From an uncultured Chloroflexia bacterium (GTDB taxonomy: Bacteria > Chloroflexota > Limnocylindria > Limnocylindrales > CSP1-4), in assembly GCA_963712745.1 (NCBI GenBank), contig CAVQJC010000020.1:32001-96000 (forward strand): a stretch of DNA of 64,000 bases. Direction: 5' to 3'. A program made the translations under genes and the position numbers. The notes below the pieces were generated by a model, which ran no database searches, had not been told where the DNA came from, and saw nothing but the letters and a program-made list of their open reading frames with translations. Of this stretch, positions 1 to 9,980 are shown in pieces (the first letter of the stretch is position 1; each line of letters opens with the position of its first letter).

Positions 1-200
1 GCTTGATCGACGTGCCCTACGTGATGAAGACTAACCGTACTGGCGCCGCCACCCGTCAACTGGTCGGGATGGCGCGTCAGGCATCCGAGAGGAAGGTGGA
101 CTCGCGTAGGGAGAACCAGCCACCCGCTGTGTACCCTACCCACGCACGACCTCCGTCGGGGTGTAGCACAGCGGTAGCGCACATGGCTTGGGAGCCTTTC

Positions 201-536
201 ATGCCGCGACCGTACACCCTCGAGTCACTCGAAGGTCAAGAGGTCACCGAGCCCAGAGCGAGGCCGAGTGCCGGCGAGTGTCCATCGCGCCGGCTCGGTC
301 GCGGCTGCGCCCACGAGCTCGGCATCAGCGAGACGACGGTCCGCCAGCATCTGTCTGGTCTGTACCGGCGGACCGGGTGTGTGAACGCGGCGCAGGCGGC
401 GTACTGGTTGGGGACGGGGCAGCTCGTGAGCACGCGAGCCGGGGGTCGCAGCTACCCCTCGGGGGAGGACTCGGGCACCGGCGGTGGCCCCTCCGGGGTG
501 ATGTGGCCGCTCAACTTGCAGCAGGGGCTGTTGTAG
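201..536 (+). pseudogene. LuxR-type C-terminal HTH DNA-binding protein (N-terminus apparently frameshifted)
   Basis: AHELGISETTVRQHLSGLYRRTGCVNAAQAAYWL matches the LuxR/GerE HTH pattern; upstream residues look out of frame; 3' end overlaps the convergent gene. Confidence 0.5.
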
Positions 537-1003
537 TCGATGACGACGTAGGCCATCAGGCCCTCGTAAACACCCTCACCGACGAGCCAGCCCGATACTT
601 GGTCGGTCCCCTCGTCTTCAATCGTGATGGAGTCCAAGGTGCCCTCCCACGCACCGTCGTCGTTGACGACCCGGACGAGGGAGGAACCGATGACCCCGGT
701 CACACCTGTCGCCGAGTCGCTGAGGGCTCCCTGCCGATAGTCCAGGGTGGTGCCGGAGTTCGTCATCAGCCCATCGATCCGTGAGTCGTTCGAGGCCCAC
801 CGGGCGCTGAGCACGAAGGTTTCGGCGACGACGCCATCCGGACGTGTCTCGCTCGTCTCGACGGTGTAGCTGGGGTCGAGCCCGCCATCGCCGCTGAAGA
901 ACGACGGGGCCATGGGGTCTTCGGACTGCGCGACGACCCCGATGGTCGAGGCCACGAGCAGGCCGATGGCGATGGCGGCGATGCGGGATGTGAGCTTCTT
1001 CAC
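452..1003 (-). CDS. Secreted hypothetical protein (beta-rich domain shared with the C-terminus of 7933-9408)
   Basis: AAGGAG RBS before GTG; signal peptide MKKLTSRIAAIAIGLLVASTIGVVAQ; motifs WASNDSRIDG, VVNDDGAWEG, LVGEGVYEGLMAYV. Confidence 0.75.
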   Translation of the reverse strand: MKKLTSRIAAIAIGLLVASTIGVVAQSEDPMAPSFFSGDGGLDPSYTVETSETRPDGVVAETFVLSARWASNDSRIDGLMTNSGTTLDYRQGALSDSATGVTGVIGSSLVRVVNDDGAWEGTLDSITIEDEGTDQVSGWLVGEGVYEGLMAYVVIDYNSPCCKLSGHITPEGPPPVPESSPEG

Positions 1004-1080
1004 GTCGTTCTCCTTGTTCAGACCCGTTTCGCGGGATGGGTGGCTAGTCGTGGATAAGCCGCCACCTGTGGCAGACCGGC

Positions 1081-2511
1081 CTAGTCGGTGGCCGCCACGG
1101 CCTCGGGGGTGATGACGTAGAGACCTCGACGGTGCTCGAGGAATCTGGCGGCGCTGACCGTCACCCAGGCGGTGGCGTCTGGACCGAGCTCGATGTCATA
1201 GGTACCGAACGACGACTCCTTCTTGTCGCTGACAACGAACCCGTTGAGCGGGTCGCTGGCCCAGTCGGCCAGGACTTCCGGGTAGCGTCTCCACCGCACG
1301 CCGTCGAACGAGACCGGCAACGTGAGCCCTCTGACGTCGCTCAGGTCCAGGTCGATGTTGGCGCGGCCACGGTCCTGCGCCGAGTAGGCGTCGGTGAGCC
1401 AGACCGTGCCATCGGGGCCGACGGCCTCGATCGTCGAGCCGAATGTGTCAGCGGCGAGCACATATGGGAATGCCTTCCAGGCCCCGCCATCGAAGCGTGC
1501 GAGGTGGCGTTCTTCCTCGCCGAGCTCATCGTCTGACCGGATCTCGGCCCAGAGGATGCCGTCCCGATTGCTCGCGAGGCCGATGACACCGTGGTCCTCT
1601 TCGCCGCCAAGGGGTCGCACGACCTCCCAGGTCGCACCGTCGAACCGGAGCAGGCCGCCCTCGGGGATGCCCAGCCAGACCGTGCCGTCGGGCGTGATCT
1701 CGATGCTCCATGTTTCGCCGCAATCCGGTCCGCATGGCCAGGCAGGGAGGCCATCGCCGATGGAGTACATGGACCATCCCGCTGGACCGAGCCGCAGGAG
1801 GGACACGTGAGCGATATCGCCGCAGCTCGCACCGACCGCCCAGGCGACACCGTCGGGGCCGACGGCCAGGCTGGGGAGATAGTCCGGTGGCCATCGTGGG
1901 TCGGGACCCGACACGGGGGCCTCCAGGCCCTCGCTCCGTAGCGTCCATGACTGGCCGTCGAAGGAAGAGATGGGTGGAAGCACGTCCGCGCAGCTGTCCT
2001 TGCCCGTGGCCCACAGGGTCCCGTCAGGTCCGAGGGCCAGGTCCCCCGCGATGGACCCGCGATGGCCCTGCCGGCCGAGCTCGCGGACGCTGCCGGCTGT
2101 CCACGTCCAGACCGTTCCGTCATCGCTGACGATGATCCCTTCGATGCTCGCCATCTCCTGGCCCGTTCCGTCAGCCGCGATCTTCAGCACACCAGGTGCC
2201 ACCTCTTCCGTCTCCAAGCGGGCCAACAGCTCATCGGTCGCTCGTAGCGAGGCGTCGGGCGACGCGACCGCCGGCACGGGCTGGTCGCTCGACTGCGACC
2301 ACACCCCAGCGAGGAGGAAGCCGCCGAACAGCGCCACGATGACGCCGGCGACGACGAATCTGGTGGCGCTGAACATGGCGACGAGCCGCGTCTTCGGGAC
2401 CGTGGTCGTGGCCGCGAGGACCGATGCCGTCACGTCGACGAAGGGTTCAGGGCCGGCCATATGCCGGAGCCTCGCGGCGAGTTGCCGTTCGAAGGCGCTC
2501 ATGTCGTCCAT
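1081..2511 (-). CDS. Putative anti-sigma factor with one TM helix and extracellular beta-propeller repeats
   Basis: Coupled (TGATG) to the ECF sigma gene; N-terminus MDDMSAFERQLAARL, TM FVVAGVIVALFGGFLLAGV; repeated GPDGT.W / RFDG..W blades. Confidence 0.75.
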   Translation of the reverse strand: MDDMSAFERQLAARLRHMAGPEPFVDVTASVLAATTTVPKTRLVAMFSATRFVVAGVIVALFGGFLLAGVWSQSSDQPVPAVASPDASLRATDELLARLETEEVAPGVLKIAADGTGQEMASIEGIIVSDDGTVWTWTAGSVRELGRQGHRGSIAGDLALGPDGTLWATGKDSCADVLPPISSFDGQSWTLRSEGLEAPVSGPDPRWPPDYLPSLAVGPDGVAWAVGASCGDIAHVSLLRLGPAGWSMYSIGDGLPAWPCGPDCGETWSIEITPDGTVWLGIPEGGLLRFDGATWEVVRPLGGEEDHGVIGLASNRDGILWAEIRSDDELGEEERHLARFDGGAWKAFPYVLAADTFGSTIEAVGPDGTVWLTDAYSAQDRGRANIDLDLSDVRGLTLPVSFDGVRWRRYPEVLADWASDPLNGFVVSDKKESSFGTYDIELGPDATAWVTVSAARFLEHRRGLYVITPEAVAATD

Positions 2512-3053
2512 CAGGCGAGTTCCCCCCTGAGTCGTGCGAGAAGGCGTTCGAGGCGCGTGCGCGTGCCCGACGGGCTGAGACCGATGGCGATCGAGAGCTC
2601 GGTCGCATCGAAGCCCGCGACGTAGCGCATCGCGAGCAGGGCCCGGTCATCAGGGTCGAGCCGCATGAGCGCGGCGTCGAGGTCCATCGAGTCGATGCCG
2701 GTGGCCGGGTCGACCCCACCCGCCGGTTCTGACGGCACGGAGAGGGCCTCGACCTGGGAGCGTCGGTGCCGCTTGCGCATGAGCTGCTTCGTCTCGTTGA
2801 CCGCGATCGAGACGAGCCAGGGCCGGAGTCGCTCGGGCTCTCGGACCGAGCCGAGCTTGCGCCAGGCGATGGCCCAGGCCGCCTGGACGGCGTCGGCCGC
2901 GATGGCGTGGTCATGGCCGACGGCGACGCAGACGCGGTGCATCTCCGCCTCGTAGGCCGCGACGATGCGACCGAAGGCGATCTCGTCCCCGGCGACCGCT
3001 GACGCCATGACCTTGACGAGGTCGACGTCAGCGGTCGTGATCATGGCCTCCAT
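2511..3053 (-). CDS. ECF RNA polymerase sigma-70 factor
   Basis: Region 2 (GDEIAFGRIV..AADAVQAAWAIAWRKL..LRPWLVSIAVN) and region 4 (LDPDDRALLAMRY..GTRTRLER). Confidence 0.9.
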   Translation of the reverse strand: MEAMITTADVDLVKVMASAVAGDEIAFGRIVAAYEAEMHRVCVAVGHDHAIAADAVQAAWAIAWRKLGSVREPERLRPWLVSIAVNETKQLMRKRHRRSQVEALSVPSEPAGGVDPATGIDSMDLDAALMRLDPDDRALLAMRYVAGFDATELSIAIGLSPSGTRTRLERLLARLRGELA

Positions 3054-3354
3054 AGCAGGTAGATGCTTGGCGGGTGGCCAAGTGTCTCAGGTGACCCGCA
3101 GATAGCAAGCGCCACCTGCATGCGGTCCGCGACGACGCGACCTTGAAGGAGCCGGATGGACGTCGCCGCTTCTTGCATCGTCACTTGGCCGGGACCATCC
3201 CACATCCGTACGACATCCCGAACACCTGTACGACGCCTCGCTTGACGCCACCCTGACCGCCCCGTATCCCTGAGGACGTGCACCGACGTCCTCCCCTCCT
3301 CCATCCGCGTCGGGCCGGGCGAACTCCCCCCACCCGGCCGACGCGTTCCGTTCG

Positions 3355-3486
3355 ATGAGTCCCCTCGAGCTCGTCCTCTTCGGCGCCGCCTGCTACCTGT
3401 TCGGGCTCGTCTCCGGCGCTGTCGTCATCCCCTGGCTCGTGGACCGGGGCCTCTTCCCCGTCCGCCGGCATGGTCCGTGTGAATGA
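3355..3486 (+). CDS. Small single-TM protein, 43 aa (not in ORF track)
   Basis: ATG 3355: MSPLELVLFGAACYLFGLVSGAVVIPWLVDRGLFPVRRHGPCE*; overlaps the start of the next gene. Confidence 0.45.
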   Translation: MSPLELVLFGAACYLFGLVSGAVVIPWLVDRGLFPVRRHGPCE

Positions 3487-3679
3487 CGAAGGTCGTGCGC
3501 CCAACGACTATCGGTGGGCGAGGCAGGTGTCCGCGCTCCTGCTCATCGGGCTCGTCGTCGTCATCGTCGTCCTCGACGTCATCGTCGAAGGCTATGACGT
3601 GAGCCCGCCGGTGCTGATCCCGTTGCTCCTGACCGCGGCCGGGCTGCTCTCGGTCGACCTGCCGCGGGTGCGTCCCTGA
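3470..3679 (+). CDS. Small two-TM membrane protein, holin-like
   Basis: Two hydrophobic segments; TGATG coupling to the downstream peptidase. Confidence 0.55.
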   Translation: MVRVNDEGRAPNDYRWARQVSALLLIGLVVVIVVLDVIVEGYDVSPPVLIPLLLTAAGLLSVDLPRVRP

Positions 3680-4522
3680 TGGCGGCGTACGAACGCACGG
3701 GACCCCTGAAGCTCGAGCGCCAGCTGGATGGCTCGGCTTCCGAAGCGTTCGACTGCGGCGTCGCGGCCTGCGTCATGGCCCTCGATGACGCGAGCTACGG
3801 CCTGGTCCGCCCCTCCACGGAAGCCGTCCGCAAGCGCATGGGCAACGACCGCGACGCTACGAACCCCGACCAGTGGAAGGCCGCCATCGACTCCTTCGCC
3901 GACCGTTTCGCGACAGTCGGCCTCCAGCCACCCAAGACCAGCGTCGTCCGGGGCAAGGGCCACGACGAGCTCTGGCGCCTCCTCCACGACCGCCGCCGCC
4001 GTGTCATCGCCGCCCTCCACTACGGCACCGTGGCCTCGGAGAAACGCTCGCTGTGGGCGAGCCGGAGTTTCCGGGGCAACCATGCCGTCTACCTGCGCGC
4101 GGCCACGCTCGTCGACGAGGCCCGCAAGGTGCCGGCGTACGACCCGCTCGCCGATGGGAGGTTCAAGGGCTGCCCGAACGGTCGGCGCCTCTGGCCGTTC
4201 TGGCTCGTGCGCGCCGCGACCGGCAACGTCCGGAACGACAAGGGGCGGCGCCTCTATCCCGGCGAGGACCGCTGGATCGGCCTCGTCGTCTCGAAGGCAA
4301 GGCCGATCGGCGAGCCCGACGATGGCGTCGATCCCGGTGACCCTGACGCCGGCGACCCGGACCTGCCCGACGCCACCGAGCTGCTCGAGGTCATCGCCGA
4401 CACCGCGGGCATGCTCGAGGACCACATCGCCAGGCTTGAGCGCGAACCTCAGCGCGTTGCAGCCGTACCTGCCGGCAGCGAAGGCGTCGGAGGCAGAGCC
4501 GACGGACGGCGTCGCAGCGTGA
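3679..4522 (+). CDS. C39-like cysteine peptidase, putative endolysin (frameshift near 4435)
   Basis: Cys/His/Asp motifs AFDCGVAAC, GNHAVYL, AYDPLADG; the alternative frame gives a plausible C-terminus ending at TGA 4520-4522, overlapping the holin GTG. Confidence 0.6.
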
Positions 4523-4827
4523 GCGCGATCAGCGACCTCCTCGCGTGGGTCCAGGGTGGGCTGCAAGGGCTTGGCCAAGCCGTGTCGGTGCGTGTCCGCG
4601 AGGAGCCGGTCCTGACCGTCGGGCTCTTCCGTGCCGCGGTCACGATGCTCGTCGGCTTCGGGCTCGGATGGAGCGGGGAGCAGGTGGCCCTGATGGTCGC
4701 CTTCGTGGAGGCCGTCACCGCCTGGGTCGCCCGTCGGCAGGTCACGCCGACCGAGAGCCCATCGTTGTCGGAAGGCCAGACCGTCCGCCTACCCGACGGG
4801 ACCGCGGCAGCGGTAGTCAAGGCCTGA
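4519..4827 (+). CDS. Phage holin-like protein
   Basis: REEPVLTVG..GLGWSGEQVA..ARRQVTP resembles actinophage-type holins; GTGA start/stop overlap. Confidence 0.65.
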   Translation: MSAISDLLAWVQGGLQGLGQAVSVRVREEPVLTVGLFRAAVTMLVGFGLGWSGEQVALMVAFVEAVTAWVARRQVTPTESPSLSEGQTVRLPDGTAAAVVKA

Positions 4828-4836
4828 CGGTCGTGG

Positions 4837-5217
4837 ATGGCTCGCTCCCGTGTCTGCGCCTGTCGGGGCTGCGAGCACCACGCCGGCGCCTGCGGCTGGC
4901 CCACGACGAACGAGCGTCGCTGCGACCGCTGCGGTCGGCCGGGCTTCGCCAACCGCTTCCGGCGCACGCCCGATCATCCCATCCGGCGGACGTCGGCGTG
5001 GCGACGGCTGGCGAAGCGGACGGTCGAGACGCACGTCGCGGTCCACGGCTGGACCTGTCCCGGCTGGCATCGCGAGCCGCATCCGGTGCGACCCGGCGGA
5101 CTCGCGGCCGACCATCCGATGCCGCTCGTCCTCGGGGGCGAGCCACTGCCGGCGCGGCCCGGTGTGCTCTGCGCGAGCTGCAACGCGCGGAAGGGGTTGA
5201 GCCAGCGGCGGCGATGA
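4837..5217 (+). CDS. Phage-type HNH endonuclease
   Basis: ADHPMPLVLGG..LCASCNARKG HNH core, N-terminal Cys pairs, and a W.RL motif typical of terminase-associated HNH proteins. Confidence 0.8.
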   Translation: MARSRVCACRGCEHHAGACGWPTTNERRCDRCGRPGFANRFRRTPDHPIRRTSAWRRLAKRTVETHVAVHGWTCPGWHREPHPVRPGGLAADHPMPLVLGGEPLPARPGVLCASCNARKGLSQRRR

Positions 5218-5322
5218 GCGAGAGGATGACCCATCAGAAACTGGGATAGGTATGGGCGTCCGCTGCTCCTTAGAGTGTGAGAGCGCGAGGACGTGCTTCG
5301 CGCCGAAGCGGTGACACGCCAC

Positions 5323-5890
5323 ATGCAACGAGCGCTCGTCGAGCGGGCCCAGGCCGGCGATCTCGATGCCTTCACGGAGCTGGTGAAGGTCATACGCGCC
5401 GAGGCTCCATGGCGTCGCCAATCTCATCCTGCGCGACATCGAGCGTGCCCAGGATGCGGTCCAGGACGCACTGCTGATGGGCTGGCGTGACATCCGGGCG
5501 CTCCGCGAACCGGATGCGTTCGAAGCGTGGCTGCGCCGGCTCACCGTCCGTGCCTGCTATGGGGTCGCCCGAGAAGGAACGGCGCCGCGAGCAGGGTCGA
5601 GCTGCACGTGGTGCCCGACCCGGTCTTCAGCAGCACACCTGACGCGTCGGCCGAGCTCGCCGAGCGCGACTGGCTGTACGACATGCTCGGTCGACTCGCG
5701 ATCGACCAGCGTGTCGTCGTCGTCCTGCACTACTACCTCGACCTCCCCGTGACCGAGGTGGCCGAGATCCTCGACATCCCCTACGGGACCGCAGCGTCCC
5801 GTCTCCATCGTGGTCTCGACTCGATGCGCCGATCGATGCGCGTCGAGCCCGGGACGGCGCGCAGCCAGTCGGCCGAGGTGTCGTCGATGA
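5323..5890 (+). CDS. ECF sigma-70 factor (several frameshifts: pseudogene or assembly errors)
   Basis: MQRALVERAQAGDLDAF / AQDAVQDAL / WRDIRALREPDAFEAWL / DQRVVVVLHYYLDL..YGTAASRLHR spread over three frames. Confidence 0.75.
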
Positions 5891-7285
5891 ACGACGAACG
5901 ATCCTTCGAGCGCCTCTTCGCCGACCGGATGGCTGCCGAGCGCGGGAGCGCCCAGCTCCCCGACTGCGTTCTACGACGACTTCCGACAGCGAGCCAGCCA
6001 CGCGCGACAGCGTCCGCGGTGGCTCGCGCTCATCAAGGAGCCCCCCATGCGTATCTCATCTCGTCTCGCGGTCGGATCACCGACCGCGCGCGTCGCGGCC
6101 ATCGTGATCGCGACGCTGCTCCTCGCGGTCACCCTCGCCGGCGCCGGCATCGCCGGCTCACGCCTGCTCGCCGCAGACGGCCCACTCGTGGTCGATCCGG
6201 CTGACCCTGGTGCCTATCAGACCATCTCCGACGCGGTCGCTGCCGCGGTGGACGGCGACACCGTCCTCGTGAAGCCTGGGACCTACCCCGAAAGCGTCGC
6301 CATCAGCGCAGACATCACGCTCCAGGGTGATGGAGAGCGGGGCAGCGTGCTGATCGAGTTCGCCGCCCCCGCGGATGGACCGTCCTATCTCGAGGGAGGG
6401 CCGGGCGGCGAGCCATTCGGGTACGGGATCCTGCTCGATGGCAGCGATGCCCAGGTCTCGAACCTCACCCTCCAGGGACCAGCCGACGACGGGACCGACC
6501 CAGCGGTGAGCGCGGTCTATGTCGTCGGTGGCGCGCCGGTCGTGGACGGCATCGACGTGGTCCTCTCCGGTGATCGCTGGGACTACGGCGGTGGCTGGTA
6601 CTACCGGCGCAGCGCCGTGCGCGTCACAGGTGGTTCGACGGTCACGGTGCGAAACAGCGCCTGGGATGGCTACGTGAGGATGTTCGGTGAGCCCAATGCC
6701 CCGACCTTCGAGGGCAACACCATCACGGCTCATGAGATCTCGATCGCTGACGGTAGCCAGGAGCCCGTGATCCGTGGCAACACGCTCCTCGAGGGTGCTG
6801 CGCTGCTCTGGGATGATCCCGGTTCCGGCGGCATCGCGGAGGACAACGACATCACGGGCTACATCGGGATCAGCGAGGACAACGACCCGGTCGTGCGCGG
6901 CAATCGCATCCGGCAAGGTGCTTCGGCCGACGCCGGACGGTTCTTCGGCGCTGGCATCGGCATCGCTGGTGGCGCGGCCCCGATCGTCGAGGGCAACGAC
7001 ATCGTCGACAGCAGCATCGGCGTCTTCGTCATCGGCGCCGACGCCGCACCGGAGATTCGCGGCAACTCGATCCGAGGCAGCTCGAACTCAGCCATCATCG
7101 TGGCCTCGGGAGCGGCCGCGTCGATCGACGACAACGCCATCGAGGACAACGCGACCGGCGTCGCCGTGAGAGAGCCGTCTACCGTGACCTTGAGCGGGAA
7201 CACATTCTGTGGAAACGAGCAGGACCTGGAGGTTCCGGAGGGGTCGGAGTTGACGTTGGAGGGCAATACCGTCTGCGATACATAG
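5887..7285 (+). CDS. Putative anti-sigma factor with TM and right-handed parallel beta-helix (frameshift near 5965)
   Basis: ATGA overlap with the sigma gene; MNDERSFERLF N-terminus; YQTISDAVAAAVDGDTVLVKPGTYPE and repeated I.GN.I beta-helix turns. Confidence 0.75.
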
Positions 7286-7498
7286 ACGGACACCCGCCTC
7301 GCAAGGGCCCGCTGGTCGCGGCAGACGCCGCGGCCAGCAACGGCGATCCGGCTCGACACCTCGGTCAGCCCGGTGAAGACCACCGGTACCCACATCTATG
7401 GCACGCCAGCGCCCGGGGGACCCCGCAGCGTGTTGCACGCGCGGCCGAGTTTCGCCGTTTTGGGCCGTATTGATGCGGAAACCCGGTCGCACGATGGG

Positions 7499-7793
7499 AT
7501 GATGTTCGCGATGGATGACCTCGAGGCCGTGGCGCGGATGGGCACGGCGCAGCTGCGGGCGCTGGTCACCCCACCCCGCCGTTGCCGCGGGTGCGACGTC
7601 GAGCTCGAGGCCCGACCCGGGCGTGGCCGCCCCCCGGTCTGGTGCCAGGCCCACCGCAGCGCCGTCAGCCGCCGGCCCGCCGGACGCGTCTGCCGCGGGC
7701 TGCGGCGTCTCGCTCGATGGTCGGCGCCGTCAGACCATCGTCTGCGGCGAGCGATGCCGCTCCCGTGTCAGGCGCCAGACGCACCGGGCGTGA
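7499..7793 (+). CDS. Small Cys-rich zinc-finger-like protein (frameshift near 7697)
   Basis: CRGC..GRGRPPVWC..H and C.GCG..DGRRRQTIVCGERCR, the pattern of phage-associated Zn ribbons. Confidence 0.45.
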
Positions 7794-7932
7794 ACGGATG
7801 GGCACCGCGTTCGCCCAGGGCGCGACAGGGCCCCCACGTGCCGCGATGGATGTCGGATGTCGGCGCGGCCGGTCTTCGCTACCGTTCTCGGCCGGATGAG
7901 CGCGTTCGCAGCCATCGTCCCCGGCCGAACCG

Positions 7933-9408
7933 CTACGCCTCTGACGGCGCCTCCGGCATCGGGCCGGGGAAGATCGCGCCCTGGAGGGTCGACCCCATCC
8001 AATCGAGGACGACATACGCCGTCAGACCGCTGTACGCACCCTCGCCGGCAAGCACGGCCGTGAAGGGGGCTGCATGCTCGCCGTCCATCTGCAGACCCGT
8101 GCCAGTGCCCACCCAGCGTCCACCATCATTGGTGACCACGATGGTCGCGGCATCTAGCGTCAGGTAGGCACGTGGGAACATGTGCCAAGTCCCGGCATAC
8201 GTCACGTCGCCCGTGATGCGTGGGTCGCTCGCATCCCAGGTCATACGCAACGTGACGTCTTCCTGGAGCTGCATCGGGTCCCCGTAGGTCACGGTGGGGG
8301 CGCCGTACCAGTCGGTATCGTCGAGGGTGCCCGTCAAGGGAGCGGGGTCCATCGCGCCGAGCGGAGCCGGTGACGGCGCGTTCGCACAATCGGGCGGCCA
8401 CGTCGCCTGCGGTGCGGCACCCAGGGATGGGTCGTTCACGAACACGACGATCTCGCCGTAGCTGCCGAGCGCCGACGACTCGATGGTCCCGTCCGGTGGG
8501 ACGAGCAGCACCTCGGCCGGCTTGGACGGATGCATCAGCCGGTACGAGACACGGTACCCGGCGTCGAGGATCCGCTGGTGCGCGGTCGCGGGGTCGAGCT
8601 GGAGGATGCCACTGCAGTGGAGCGGCTGCTCGGGCTCGAATGGGTCGGTCTCTGCCACCATCCCGCCATCGGGCGGCGCTGCATACAACCTCTCGAGCGA
8701 CCGAGGGCTGACCGCCAGCGTCATGCCGCTGATGGCCAAGACGCCCGGCACCCGGTTGCGGTCGTCGCCCGGTCGACCTTCTCCCACGAGGTCGATCTCC
8801 ACGTCGCCCTCGTAGGTCTCGCCGAGCGGCGTCTTGAAGAACGGCCCGTAGGCGTAAATCCACTCCGCCGGATCGTATCCGTCCCGAGTCCGGATCTCGT
8901 CGACCCACCAGTCGGTGCCATCGGAGCCGAAGTACAGGTAGAGCCGCTGCTCGAGGTCCTGCTCGGTCCACTCCACCTCGAGCGTCCAGTAGTCGGGGCC
9001 GCCCGGATCGGAGTGCACTTGCGGCTCGATGCCCTCGGTCGTGAAGACGAGGTCATTGGCCTCGATGGAGAAGGCGTCCGCTGACAGATCCACCATCGGC
9101 GCGGTCCAGTGGATGACCGGAGCAGGCGACGATGATGGTGCGGCGCCCGGGACCGAGGGCGCGGGCGAGGTCACCGTGCTCGCGAGGTAGACGGTACCGA
9201 TGAGCGCCGCGATGACACCACCGACGACGAACTTGGTGGCACTGGACATTTCGAGGAACCTCCAAGTGATGTGAGGCAAGAAGCCGCCGTGGCGGGACGC
9301 TCCGGACGACACGGCGTGGACGTGCACGCGGAGGCTGGGCGGGACCGACACCTGGGTCCGACGGCCGCCGATGGTGCGGAGGGCGAGGTCGAGGTCGTGA
9401 TCGTTCAT
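7933..9408 (-). CDS. Putative anti-sigma factor with TM and multi-domain extracellular part
   Basis: ATGA coupling to the sigma gene; MNDHDLDLALR N-terminus; MSSATKFVVGGVIAALIG TM motif; C-terminal domain similar to 452-1003. Confidence 0.75.
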   Translation of the reverse strand: MNDHDLDLALRTIGGRRTQVSVPPSLRVHVHAVSSGASRHGGFLPHITWRFLEMSSATKFVVGGVIAALIGTVYLASTVTSPAPSVPGAAPSSSPAPVIHWTAPMVDLSADAFSIEANDLVFTTEGIEPQVHSDPGGPDYWTLEVEWTEQDLEQRLYLYFGSDGTDWWVDEIRTRDGYDPAEWIYAYGPFFKTPLGETYEGDVEIDLVGEGRPGDDRNRVPGVLAISGMTLAVSPRSLERLYAAPPDGGMVAETDPFEPEQPLHCSGILQLDPATAHQRILDAGYRVSYRLMHPSKPAEVLLVPPDGTIESSALGSYGEIVVFVNDPSLGAAPQATWPPDCANAPSPAPLGAMDPAPLTGTLDDTDWYGAPTVTYGDPMQLQEDVTLRMTWDASDPRITGDVTYAGTWHMFPRAYLTLDAATIVVTNDGGRWVGTGTGLQMDGEHAAPFTAVLAGEGAYSGLTAYVVLDWMGSTLQGAIFPGPMPEAPSEA

Positions 9409-9980
9409 CGGGACACCTGATCGGAGGAGGCGTGGTCGAGGCTGTCGCGCAGGCGGGCTCGCGCCGAGCGGAGGCGGGTGTTGACGGTCTGGAGCGGGAT
9501 GTCGAGGAGGACGGCGATGTCGGCGAGCTCGAGATCGAGGAAGTGACGCAGCGCCAGCACCACGACGTCATCGGGCTTGAGCCGGGCGAGGGCCTGTTCG
9601 ACAAGCATCCGCCGATGGACCTCGGCCGTGGCATCGGGGGTGCTCAGGGTCATCTCGGCGATGTCCGAGGCCCGGCGTCGTGATGCCTGTCGCAGGCGAT
9701 CGCGACAGACGTTGAGGACGATGCGGTCGAACCAGGCGTCGAACCTCGACCGGTCGCGCAGCGAGGACCAGCGCCGCCAGGCGAGGACGATGGCGTCATG
9801 GACCGCATCCTCGGCCTCGTGCTCGTTCCCGAGGATGGCGTTGGCCAGGCGGTAGCTCGCCTCGAGGCGCTGATCGGCCAGCTGCTGGAACGCCGCGGCC
9901 CTTCCCGCGTCGGGCTCATCGGCACGCCTTCCCGCCGACATCGTGCCCGCTCCCGACATGGGACCCCGCTCTGCCTCCAT
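9405..9980 (-). CDS. ECF RNA polymerase sigma-70 factor
   Basis: AEDAVHDA..AWRRWSSLRDRSRFDAWFDRIVLNVCRD; VLALRHFLDLELADIA..TVNTRLRSAR; start placed at ATG 9980 by analogy with 3053. Confidence 0.9.
   Translation of the reverse strand: MEAERGPMSGAGTMSAGRRADEPDAGRAAAFQQLADQRLEASYRLANAILGNEHEAEDAVHDAIVLAWRRWSSLRDRSRFDAWFDRIVLNVCRDRLRQASRRRASDIAEMTLSTPDATAEVHRRMLVEQALARLKPDDVVVLALRHFLDLELADIAVLLDIPLQTVNTRLRSARARLRDSLDHASSDQVSR

Larger units (their letters stand above)
3355..7793 (+). mobile_element. Prophage remnant (lysis module, HNH, Zn-finger ORF) interrupted by an ECF cassette
   Basis: Holin-peptidase-holin-HNH gene order; no structural, terminase or integrase genes in the window; boundaries approximate. 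Confidence 0.5.

Noticed and set aside
3679-4827. Apparent 382-aa peptidase-holin fusion
   Set aside because: An indel near 4435 explains it; the other frame ends in a GTGA stop/start overlap at 4519-4522
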